64,000 bases of DNA, from positions 10,168,001 to 10,232,000 of the forward strand of contig NW_024704759.1 of NCBI RefSeq assembly GCF_018977255.1, written 5' to 3'. Source of the DNA: Callorhinchus milii (Eukaryota). The notes below the pieces were generated by a model, which was not told the origin of the DNA, did no database searches, and saw only the letters and a program-made list of their open reading frames with translations. Numbering within the stretch: position 1 is the first letter of the stretch; every line of letters begins with the position of its first letter. Shown one piece after another: positions 1 through 12,190 of the stretch. Made by a program: the position numbers and the translations under genes.

Positions 1-99
1 ACATTGTGGGTAAACGCGGCGGCCAATTGTGCTCAACAGTGTACCACAAACAGCCTCTGGCCCATTTCTCCCTGTGATTGGTCCTGTTCCCTAATACAT

Positions 100-427
100 G
101 GAGTTCTGTAGCTCAGTGGTTAGAGCACTCGCTTTGCAAGCGAGAGATCTGAGTTCAATTCCAGGCAGAGGGCGAAACCTTGGGCAAGTTTCCTTACTCC
201 ACACAGAGCCTAATAATAATCCCTCCAAAACCCAAAACAATCATAAATTGGTCATTTTCAATCTACAACTGTTTGTGGGACATTGCTGTGCGCAATTGGC
301 TGCCGCGTTCGCCCACAAATATACAGTCAATTCACTTTACAGTGTGTTCTGTGAAGCGCTTTGGGACGTCCTCCCGACGTGAAAAGCGCTATATCAAATG
401 CAAGGATTATTATTATTATTATTATTA
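100..427 (+). mobile_element. Young tRNA-Ala-derived SINE with partial Deu domain and L2-like tail, full length
   Basis: A box TAGCTCAGTGG, anticodon arm CTCGC-TTTGCAA-GCGAG, B box GAGTTCAATTCC, 3' stem-loop and (TTA)n tail; near-identical copies at 2544, 8793 and 34666. Confidence 0.92.
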
Positions 428-1206
428 CATGTACTTGGTTAAACTGGGAGATGTCAACCAAAATAATGTGAGGTCAAATTGTGATGCAACTCAAAATACC
501 CGCCCAACTTTCCAGTTCCAATCTGGCCGAAAGTAGTGGGTAGAAATGTTACAGACCGTCTGGAGAGTCTCTCCCGGATATTGATCCTGAGCCCAATAAT
601 GCCAGAGGGCGAGGTTTCCGAGTCGTGTCAGAAAAGGGTGGATAAGGTTACGTAATGATTTTAATTAAAGAAATATCAGATGACTTGGCTGACTAGGTCA
701 TTGACATGTGAGGCTCTATCTTGACATCCAGGCTGGTAACCCGCCAGGATGTACTGCACGAGATAGGTCCTGCAGGGCTCTGCCCTATCATTCTGGAACC
801 CATTGCCATGGTAACCACACGTAGACAACAGCATCTTGATGTTCAGGTCAATCTCCAAAAGATGTACCGGACTAGAAATGCTCACCTCCCATTTAACATA
901 AAATCATTTCCATATTTTGAGATAAGAATGGTCACGGACTCGCAAACACTTTACGACGACGACAACAAATTACATTTATATAGCGCCTTTCGCGTCGGAA
1001 GGATACCCCAAAGGCGCTTTGCCTGGTAACATTGGGATATCAGTGCATCAGTGATCAAGTCTGAAACCAGAAATGTATTATTTTTAATTTTAATTACACA
1101 AATGTTTGCTTCTCAGCTGGTACAATTCAGCTTCAAGTCTGCACTTCAGACTTCCCTATTCCTGCTCCCATTGGAATGGTAGTAGAGGTTTTGAAGCAGT
1201 TATTCT

Positions 1207-1240
1207 ACACACATACACACACACACACACACACAAACAC
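1207..1240. repeat. (CA)n microsatellite
   Basis: Direct reading. Confidence 0.9.
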
Positions 1241-1714
1241 AATATGGTGGCAATGATCCTTTAGTGCCTATCGTTTATCATCAGAGCATCGTGTATTCCC
1301 CCTTAGCTGGAAGGGCAGGTCTATGTGACTTCTGTCTGACAGCTGTCAGTGTCAGTGCTCAATTGGCTGAGTTCAGGCACCATTCAGACTGGGCAATACT
1401 GGTCAGTAATTCCTAACTGGGGCTCTTGGGTTTTACTCAGCCATTGAATTTCTGACCTGTGGCCTCTGGATTTTGAAAGCATTGCTCTTTATTTAATGAC
1501 ACCCAGCTGTTGTGTCACTGGAGTTTTGAGAAACAATGCACATTATAATTAAATCCTGAACTGTGTGCACTTTTGAAGATTGGAAACCTCTTTCTCGACA
1601 GGCATCCTGCCAGCATATATTAACCCTCGAACGCAAAGGGTGGGATAGTGTGAGCTGCAGGCTTTTGCAAACACTCTTTTGACTCAGATCTGTGATTATT
1701 TGCTGTCATTCCTT

Positions 1715-1885
1715 CTCAGCTGGTAGCACTCTCACCTCTGGGGCAGAAGGTCATGGGTTTGAGCCCTACACTAGGACTTGAGCTCATAATCTATGAGCTC
1801 ACATTGCAGTGCATGACTATAGTAATTCTGCACTGTTAGAGGTGCTGTCCTTTAAGTGAGACTCTAAACTGAGGTCCCATCTGAG
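1715..1885 (+). mobile_element. SacSINE1-like SINE 5' fragment
   Basis: CTCAGCTGGTAGCACTCTCACCTCTGGGCAGAAGGTCATGGGTTTGAGCCC head, homologous to the 11862 copy. Confidence 0.7.
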
Positions 1886-2543
1886 ATAAATCTAACGACT
1901 GGATTTCTAAAGCCATTGCAGATGTTTTTAGAATTAATTGATCCATAAATCCAAGTCGTTGGGTTGTTTAGGAATTATTTGATTCATTCTTTCAAAAAGA
2001 GTTGCATCCTTCTGCGGTTGGTAGGTTATAAACTGTAACGTTATTTTAAAGCATACGTGTTTCGCCCACAAAATACCCAGCAAATCCATTTTATAGTGCA
2101 TCCTGTGAAACTTTTTGAGATGTCTCAATGACATGATTGAGCACTATATCAAACCCAAGGATTATTATTATTGTTATTATATCATTAACCACAAATACAA
2201 GGTTGCTTTTTGTTGCCTGCAGTTCTTATTTGCGATTGCTAATAACTATTACAATCGGTGACTTTAAGCAACATAATCGCAACACTTAGATGAATCTGAA
2301 AGGAAAAAAGTTTCCACCAATAATCATTTTGGAGTCACACTGATTAGAAAGTAAGTTGTCGATAAACTTAGCATTGTGTGGTCATTTTTATAAAGAGAAA
2401 GAATTGGGGTGAGACGTAACAAATTTAGAGTCAGGAACGGGTGGGTATGTTGGTGATGCAAGAATGCAACAAACGGTGCCAAAGGAAAGTTGCTTTGCTT
2501 GTTCAGTTCTCCTGCTGTGTAAAGGTATTGCGCAAAGTCAGAT

Positions 2544-2848
2544 GGAGTCCTGTAGCTCAGTGGTTAGAGCACTCGCTTTGCAAGTGAGAGACCTGAGTTC
2601 AATTCCCGGCAGAGGGCGAAACCTCGGGCAAGTTTCCTTACTCCACACAGAGTCTAATAATAATCCCTCCAAAACAAAAACATCAATAAATTGGTCATTT
2701 TCAATCTCCGACTGTTTGTGGGACATTGCTGTGCGCAATTGGCTGCCGCGTTCGCCCACAAATATACAGTCAATTCACTTTACAGTGTGTTCTGTGAAGC
2801 GCTTTGGGACGTCCTCCCGACGTGAAAAGCGCTATATCAAATGCAAGG

Positions 2849-2895
<47 letters not shown>
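2544..2895 (+). mobile_element. Young tRNA-Ala SINE, full length, long (TTA)n tail
   Basis: Near-identical to 100-427. Confidence 0.92.
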
Positions 2896-5187
2896 GATGA
2901 TGAACTCTTAAGGGACTGTTTTGAGCAGATACCACGTTGATTTGCAAATCCTGGGTTACACTGCAGCAATGTGAATCGATTTTCTATTGAAACTACCACC
3001 TAAGGTGGTCTAGGCAGGTGGGCACCTCACCTTAAACCTAATTCACGTTGTGGTTTTCCAGTGAATGGGTGGGATTTTCAGGATAAATTGATGTGAAAAC
3101 TGGCCCATTAGATGTTGTGAAGACTCATTGTACCTATGACCCTTAAACAGCTGGGAAGAACAGATGTTTTCTTAATAACCCAGCCACGGTCTGGATTAGA
3201 ATTTGCAATTTTGTGAGCCATTATTTCAAACTTACTTTCCTGCTTTACAGATATGTATCAGGGAATCTGTATCTTGGTGCCTCAAGCACTTAGCTCTGAT
3301 GCAGAAAATAATTTGGAACGTTTGGAACAGTTATATACATTACAACAAATCCTAGGAACTGTACGTATATTTTAACCATTTTTGTGCGGTGATCGAGCAT
3401 CTTGGATTCTAAAAAGGATTGATTGGGAATCTTTCTGATATAAGACCGACTTTATCATCTTCATTTTCATTTGGGACCAATTCAGTTCTTCCGAGTGTTA
3501 TTTTTCATGTGTAGACAGAGCTCTCCAAAATCAAGGATGTTTTCAAATAAGCTAAGTTCTCCAAAAATTATAAATAGCAGATTTCTTTGTTATTTATTTA
3601 TCATAATTGCGATATTATTGAGATTCTATCTCCTGCAGCTGCCTCTACAATGTGGTTTTCATTTTTTTATAAAAAATCAAAGCTTTTATTAAACCAACCA
3701 AAAAGTTAAACTACTATGAACGGACTGTGTGGCTCTATCTTCATGAAGCCAACAATGTCATCACGTCCTCCTCTGTTTGTGACCGTAATAATGTGTCTTG
3801 GATAATGAAAGAGCCTTTAATGTAATGAAATATATACTGGCCATAGAACGTCCTCATAATTAAATGCAGAGACTTTTAATAAACCTGCTGTTTGCCACAC
3901 TCATTAATCCTCTAATGCCATCACATATTGAGGACATATAACATATACAATGAAAGTCAATATGAGCAGAAATATAGACACATAGAATTACCTCCCCTTC
4001 TCCCCCCCACCCTCCCCGATCCCTAAGCATGAAATTGAAACTTTGTTTTATTATAAACAGGTAGCGAGGAAAGATTTCAAGACTGTAATCTTATCTCGAT
4101 GCTCAGATGATGACAGTAAATTACTGAAGCTTTGCTTTTTGCCTTTGATGTCCTCAGAATCCGTGATTAGGTTACTGCCTTTATCATACTGTGCAACTCT
4201 CTAGTCTGTAGCACTCCAGGCTATTATTAGCGATTAACCTAAATAGCATGTCTGGCTCATTAATGGGACAGGGACGTGGATAGACATGTCGCTGGAGTTC
4301 TGGATTCTTTCCTTAGAGCTTTTGATACCGCTGCAAGTCATTGGCGTAACAGTAAGAGAGTAGGGTGGTCTGAGCTGGACAAACATATGGGAGCTTACCA
4401 ATACTGCATCCTTTGGGTTTTCTGTGCAAGTCAGACTCCTCTGACCAAACTTTTATGGTAAAAGGCAGTGAGAATTTAATGAGAAGATATTGCACGTATT
4501 TGATTCTGGCTGCAAACCCCAATAAATCCACCAACTATGTAACCCACCAACACACACAGAGCAAATTTCTCTTAAATCCGAGTTGATGTAAATCAGAATG
4601 CTTTTCAGTAAATGTCGTCGAGTCTGGTAGGGGAGAGATTTGCTTTCATTTTACAAATAGATATGTATCAAAACAAAAGAAGCAATAGATTCCTGAAGTC
4701 CTTTAATATTGAATTGTACATGTCTTGGATCTGTCGCTTGGAAAAATTGGAAATGATTGGGAGATAAGCGAGGAAGAGTAAGGTTACCAGAGCAGGAAAT
4801 TTGGGAATTCTGTTGTGGATTGTGTTTTCATAAAGCTGGCTGCATGTGCCAAAGCGACTACTAAGGTCAGGTTCTCAGAGAAGTCTGTCTTTACGCAAAA
4901 AGTCAACTAATGACCTGTGATTAACTCAACCTCCCCACAACTGGTTTAAATCACCAGTCTTATAAATAACGTGACATTAATTGCAGAATCATTTAAAGTG
5001 AGTAAATAAAATGGAAACATAATACAGTACTTGTGAGAAATCTGAATATTTCATTTGCATGATGTTCGAAGGGACAATACAACTTTGGGAGGGGATGGTT
5101 GCACTGTTTGAGTCAGTAATCTGACTTGTCCAACAACAACAGAAGCTGTCTGGCTGTCCCCGGATCATCACGCTACATTTCAGTGAA

Positions 5188-5375
5188 GAATAATAATAAT
5201 AATCCTTGCATTTGGTATCGGGCCTTACCACATCTTTGCGACGTCTCAAAGCGCTTCACAGAATAGACTGTAAAGTGAATTGACTGTAATATTTTGTGGG
5301 CGAAACGCGGCAGCCAATTGCGCACAGCAGCGTCCCACAAACAGTCGTGGATTGAAGTGACCAATTTATTATTGG
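5188..5375 (-). mobile_element. 5'-truncated SINE (Deu 3' part plus tail)
   Basis: Matches the 3' half of the 100-427 family. Confidence 0.8.
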
Positions 5376-8300
5376 TTCGTTTCAATTGAACCAAGAAAAT
5401 ATTGTCTTTTAAATTTAAAAAAATCATGCGAGAGCTATGTATTCGCACACACAGAATTAAGAATATGACTCCATGCATTTTCATAAATGATGTGCGTTAG
5501 ATGTGTAAATCATTGTGCCTGAGAGCAACATCCCCAACATCCCACTGTTTTAATAAATTACGTGACAAGGACTAATTTTAATATGACAAAGTGATTTGTA
5601 GCTGGCTTCATTATCTCAGATATTCTTTCCCGCAGAGGATTGGGGTCGTCGTTCACACTGCCGTTGGACCCTGAACCTTGTGCAAGGATTTTGGCTCAAT
5701 GCACAGCACTTGCTCTGTCAATAGCCGAATGGTTACTTAACCCCGAAAGTAGCAACTCTGTAATTCGTTGCATTACATCTCGTTCAATGCACAGTATGAC
5801 TAGTTGCTGCCTTTCCACCTTATTGCATGCCGAGGGTGAGAGTGCGCGGTTCCATATTACAGGCCACTCTGGAAGACGACACTCTGAGCTGAAATCCGCA
5901 GTATTTCAGAACCCACTTTGTCCCGCGATTATCACGAGGAACGAGTTATGAAACGCTGCGAATTTCACACCTGTATAACCACCAGAAAAAACACAGTCTG
6001 CAGAGATGTAAAATTATTCCAGTTTTTCGAAACTCTTTATCCTTACTTGATCCCATTTCTCGTGTGTTTGTTTTTGTCAGATACGAAACAGGGGGTCGGG
6101 CTGGTGATGCACCCATGTGTCGACAACAACAAGTTGCATATAAATATACATATAACGCCTTGCACGAAGGGTCATGTCCCAGAAAGCTTCACAGTGGCAG
6201 AGCCTTCATGCCACTCTACCCAATTGCTTAAAGGTCCAATGGAGAATCCTGAGATGCCAATCTCACCACACCACCATTTACATAGTTAGCAAAGGGAGCA
6301 CTTTTTCAGTTTTGCAGCCAATACCATTGGATGATAACACACAGCTAAGCTAATATTAACCTAATCCAGAAAGTCATCCCGTTGAATGATGGCTGGCAGC
6401 CATATGTAATCATGGTCACAGTGTTAACTATTCTTAGGGGACGCTTCAGAAATCTGTAAGCGAACCCTGACTTTTAAACTATTCAAATATTTTTGGACCA
6501 CTAAAATATATTGCATTTTATAAGCTTAAACATCGAAGACTGCCTTGTATTATTTGGTTGCACAAAGTATCAGAAATAGATCACTTTAAGGAAACACTCT
6601 GTGAAATGTTACGACATTTTGACATGCTAAGGCACTACATCAAATGCAAGGATTATTATCATTTATCATCTACAAGTTAAGTATCTGTTTAGATATGACA
6701 CGATATTAGAATAGGTGTGCGCTGAGATGACAAATAGAACTCGGGAGAGGAGGAGGGTAGAAATGTTTTGGGATCAAGGCCAAGATTGAAGAGTGGAAAT
6801 GAGAATTTGAATGTCTAGAGTTTTTACTTTCTTACCACTGGGGATCAAGGGAACCAGGAAACGTACCCTAAGAAATGTAATGAATGAGGTGAAGCCGATT
6901 ATGAAGTATGTTTTTTTGCAATGGAAGGAGTGGGATGTTGGTTTGATGGAAAGCAAATGCACTTTTCTTATTCCATTTTTTTCTTATGCTCTTAATTTAT
7001 TACCGTAGCTACTTTGCAAGATAGCAATCCGATGCACTAGCACTCAATGCCTCCTGAACTCCCCGTGTTAGATGTTCATCGAGCTTGAGAGCATGTGAAA
7101 AACACGGTCGTCCAGAAAGTCCATCAAGAAAAATGTGGCTAATTGTCAGGGTTTTAACCTCATTACGTATTTGTCATGATTCTTCTAATTTATGAAGCAG
7201 TTTCTACAAGCTATCTTGCAGTGGAATGCAATGTTCCTAGCAAACATCACCGATGGCACACTGCCAGGTAAAGAAATTTACCACTGGGAATTCAAAAGTT
7301 AACAGTTTGTGTTAAACTCCATCAGAAGCAACTCTCGCTGTGGAGCTCCGGGTTCTTAAGCAAGGAGTGTGTAGCACAGTCCTGGAGAAAAGAGACAGAG
7401 GCTAGTCATGTCAGGAAATGCTGAGGTAATTAATTCAATGTGACAAACTGGGTCAAAAACAATAGGCAATTTACAATTTCTGGAGAGCGAACTAAATCTT
7501 CATATAACCGGCAGCTGAAGCTTTGGTATTGCTCATGGTAAGCCAGCCTGATTTCTATTTGTTTCCACCGTGGTTGTTAATTCAGAATGAATACATTTCG
7601 AATGTGGAATCTTTGAGGAATTTGTGTTATGTGTAAGTGACATGATGTGAGGCGTTGGTGGTTGCAACAGTTCAGATTCTTGATCTTTTTATTATAGTCG
7701 TTGAACCAAGAAGCAGATAGACAGCCTGATATATTTGTGATGGAAGCTGTTAGTTTACAGTCAGCTAGTACAGTGATAGCATCAGAATACCTTGAGAGGT
7801 CTGTACCTCTCGGTTTCACTGAGCAAAGGGGAGTCACTCCAAATGTCTCTACTTCGCTTGATTTTGCCTCTAGTACAAAGTCTTATTTTCAGCTCAGCTG
7901 GAAAATTTGCATCCGATGCAAATTTGCATCAGAGCCTCTGATTGTCAACACCAAAAGGGATGAATTATTAATAGCGACTTAATTTGAAGTACAAACTCCC
8001 ACTCCTGATCTCAGGGGTGAACTGGAATAGCAGACCATGAGATTTGAATAAGATTGATGTGAATGAATAATAATAATAATAATGCTTGTGTTTGATATAG
8101 CTCCTTATCACATCATCTCAAAACGCTTCACAGAATACACTGTAAAGTGGATTGACTGTATATTGTGTGGGCCAAATGATGAGTGACATCTCCTGTATAA
8201 TAATATTGTAATGATGATCCTTGCATTTGATATAGTGCCTTATAACATGGATGGAGGCGTTTGATGGGTTTTTCTGTAAAGCATAGTGACTGTGGGTTTG

Positions 8301-8469
8301 TAGGTGTAAAATAAATTACTGACACTTTCTCCAGTGAAGATCATCTTCAGAACCAGTGCCACAATTGAAATACCCCCTGATACTGAAGGCCAAGCTGAAC
8401 TTTGGAAAGCTTAAGCATAAACCCTGGGTGGTTGCAGCATGCTTGTCCCAATGTGAGCTGATGTGATCT

Positions 8470-8793
8470 ATAATAATAATAATAATAATCCTTGCATTTG
8501 ATATAGCGCTTTTCACGTCTTCTCCACGTCTCAAAGCGCTTCACACAATATGCTGTAAAGTGAATTGACCGTATATTTCTGGGCGAAACGCGACAGCCAA
8601 TTGCGCAGAGCAGCGTCCCACAAACAGTCGTAGATTGAAAATGACCAATTTATTATTGTTTTGTTTTTTGGAGGGAATATTATTAGGCGTGTGGAGTAAG
8701 GAAACTTGCCCAAGGTTTCGCCCTGTGCCTGGAATTGAACCCAGGTGTCTCGCTTGCAAACCGAGTGCTCTAACCACTGAGCTACAGGACTCC
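8470..8793 (-). mobile_element. Young tRNA-Ala SINE, full length
   Basis: Reverse complement of the 100-427 family. Confidence 0.92.
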
Positions 8794-11425
8794 ACCTATT
8801 AGGTGCTTGCAGTAGGAATGGAATTGATTCCACTGTGCAAACCAGGTAACGTCCCTCCTGTGTCAATGGTAGCCACTGAATAGATCACATTCAGCTGGCA
8901 TTCGGACCACTCAGTATACTGCAGTATATTAATAATAATAATTCTTTAATAATTTGAGCCTTAACACGTCGTTGAGATGTCTCAAAGCGCTTCACAGAAT
9001 ATATCGTAAACTGATTGGACTGTGTATTTTGCGGGTGAAACATGAAATGTGAAAAATAATCACCGTGATTACGTTTCCACACATGGTAACTTAACCCCCA
9101 GAGCCTGCCCCTCACCCTGTTGCTGGCAAACAACCAACTAGCATCAAAGGTAAGACTCCCACCTGCTAGAATATGCAACGTTCTGACATCAGACCCTGTA
9201 CCACACTGAGCATCTCGCACATAGGGAGCGCTCAACTCTTGAGAAAGTCCACAAGGTCCAGGATCAGAACAGCATTTTTGCACCAAAGAAAAATGTAAAA
9301 CAATTCCATCTTTGTATTTATTTATTCAGCTGTTACTCTGGCGAAATGTTGTAATTGGTCAGGATTCTTTGCTAATTCACCGCAGTTTATTGTTAACGCT
9401 TTCTGTCAAGAATTTCTTTCTTTCCCTTTTGTTTTGCTATTCTGGCCTTTGTTGCCTCACATGCTGAGCTCTGGTTAACTTGAAAGACAATTTGACATCA
9501 CCACGACTTTGAATGCTCTTTTGGGGTCAGTCAGTAGCAGATGCAGCAATCCAATGGGGAAATATTAGACCTTTTCTCTATCATTTCCTTTCCTGTGTCT
9601 CTCCCCAAATGTCTTTCTCTGGGTGGGAGAGGACAGAGCTTGGCTGTGAATCCTACCATGTGTAGCACTTCTAGTAATTGATGCTTCTTGTGCAAGTGTG
9701 TTTACTGCACTTCAATGATGTGTATCCATGATTGGAAATCCCATTACTTGTGCTTATTGTCAAACTGCAGCATTTTACTGCCACAACCAATACATGGAGC
9801 AGCAGTGGCTAAATAATCGGTGTAGGAGTGAAACCATTGTCATTTTCAATTAGATACTCTGAGAGAAGATTCAATTAATCTGAGCAATGAAGCCAGAGCT
9901 TCTTCCAAGGACACACATTAATAGTAACAAAATATATATGGAGATAAATTGCACCTGAGTCTAGATTTACAATAATAATAATCCTTGCATTTGATATAGG
10001 CCTTATCATGTTGTTTAGTCGTCTCAAAGCGCTTCACAGAATACACTGTAAAGTGAACTGACTGTATATTTTGTGGGTAAAACAAATTATAATAATAGCA
10101 TTTTAGAGCATCCCAGATTTGTCAAATTCTTAAATACCTCATTAATGTCAAGGGATACGGTATATTCTGTGAAGCACTTTGAGACGTCTCAACAACTTGA
10201 TAAGGCGCTATATCAAATGCAAGGATTATTATGATGATGTCAACAAATATTTGATCGTGTGTAGATGGGCTTCAAGAGCGGAGCCAAGAGTTTCCAAACT
10301 ACTCTATTTTGGGTATTCTGAGAAATACAGTGGAACAGGTTCAATAGTGGGCTCAGAATTGTGGTCCATTCTCCATGACCAGCTGTCAGATTTGGGTGTC
10401 CCTCCTACAATGGAAATGTTAAGAAAATGAAACGTTTGGAACGAGCTTCATTGTTTGCAACTGGGACACACTATTAGTCTCTAGATGCCAAGCAGGTTAA
10501 TTGAGGTCAACGTTTAAGAGCTACCTGACAGCTAGCTGCAGATGATTATTTGTTGATTTGGGTGTTCTCTGCTACTTAGAAGGATGAACACAAGGTGTAA
10601 AGCACTTGTGTGGAGTTAAGCAGTTCGTGTACTTCGAGATAAAAGCAGCATTTTAAATACAGAAGAATGAATACAACAAGAGCATCCCATTTCCTAGGTC
10701 ACGTCTGAGGTTGTGTTCATTCACGAGTGAAGCAGAATAGAAGCAGAAGTTTCTCTTTTTATTTTGCAAAGACATCATTCTTATTTCGATTTTTAGTCGT
10801 GTTGTTGATAAGTTGATCTGATGTAAAATTGGATTGGAAAAGGAATACCAGGGCATCTTAATAAAACTGATAATTTTATTGCATCTGTCAATAATAATAA
10901 TTACTGATAATTTGTGCATCTGTCAATAATAATAATCCTTGCATTTGATATAGAGCCTTATCACGTCGTTGAGATGTCTTAAAGCCCATCGCAGAATATA
11001 CTGTAAAGTCGATTGACTGTATATGGTGTGGGTGATGCTTCGCAATGAATCAGTAATTGTTTGCACAGCATAGAAACATAAGAAGAACTGATTCCTCCTT
11101 TTAAAACAAACAGGGGGTTTATCAATGAGAATGTGAAAAAAAAAAGGTCATTCAAGTTTTCGGAGTTGACTAGTTCCAGAGATGGTCTGAGAACAATCAT
11201 ATAACCTGTTAACATTTCACAATGATATAAGGAGGCTTTTAAAGAATTTGTGGTGTGTGTGCATGTCGAAATTTGCTCCATATGGGAAAAATATCACCTG
11301 CCAAGAAATTGAAGCTGATTTTCTCAGTTTAGTAGATCACGGTTTGAGGCAGAGAGGGTTGGTTGACTGCACAAGGTATTGCAGTCTGGCACCACGAAAC
11401 TTGAGACAGAAAAGAGGTAGCATTT

Positions 11426-11862
11426 ATAATGATAATCCTTGCATCTATTTAGTAAGGCTCCTTTTCGGTTTGAGAGGACGTATCAAAGCGCTCCACAGAA
11501 TATGGTGTAAAGTGTAGTTACGGGGTATTTGTAGATGAACGAGGCAGACAATTTGCGCACAGTAATGCCCACAAACAGCCATGAAGTGAAATGATCAATT
11601 TTTACTTCGAGGGGATTGTAGACCAGGACACCAGGAGAAACTCCATTCTCTTTTCAAATAATGCCATGGGATCTGTAACGCCCACTCGGACAGTTTGACG
11701 TTCCCAGGCAAAGGTCGGCACCTCCAACAATGTAGCACACTCCAGCACTGTACTGGTGTGTTACCTTGGACTACATGAGTTCTAAGTCCCAACCTGGAGC
11801 TTTGAACCCGCAACCTCCTGACTCAAAAGTGAGAGTGCTACCAACTGAGCCAGGCTGACACA
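11426..11862 (-). mobile_element. Older SacSINE1-like Deu-domain SINE, near full length
   Basis: Minus strand: TGTCAGCCTGGCTCAGTTGGTAGCACTCTCAC head, GATCCCATGGCATTATTTG..GAGTTTCTCCTGGTGTCCTGG Deu core, shared TGCAAGGATTAT tail. Confidence 0.8.
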
Positions 11863-12154
11863 CGGAGAGTGAAAACTATGTGTTGCTGTATCACGCACAG
11901 CCCTGCTCAGGAAGAGCAGGCCATGGCCACAGAGGCAATTAGAACCAATACCAGGAAACCATAACATAGCACCATAATAATAACCCTTACATTTGATATA
12001 GCGCCTTTCACATCAAGAGGACACCTCAAAGCGCTTTGCAGGGTCTACTGTAAAGTGTAGTGACTGCATATTTTGTAGGCGAAGTCTGATCTTGATTAAA
12101 AAATTGAGTTGTTGTACAACTTCGACAACGGAGAACGACGGGGGGAAGGGAGGG

Positions 12155-12158
<4 letters not shown>

Positions 12159-12187
<29 letters not shown>
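12159..12187. repeat. (GA)n microsatellite preceded by G-runs
   Basis: Direct reading. Confidence 0.9.

Positions 12188-12190
<3 letters not shown>

Noticed and set aside
100-175. tRNA-Ala(TGC) gene
   Set aside because: The acceptor stem does not close and the sequence runs into a SINE body; it is a SINE head
98-536. Recurring ORFs such as [14 protein letters not shown].. and ..KCKDYYYY (also at 2464, 8541, 34652, 62442)
   Set aside because: Translations of SINE copies and their (TTA)n tails, not a protein family
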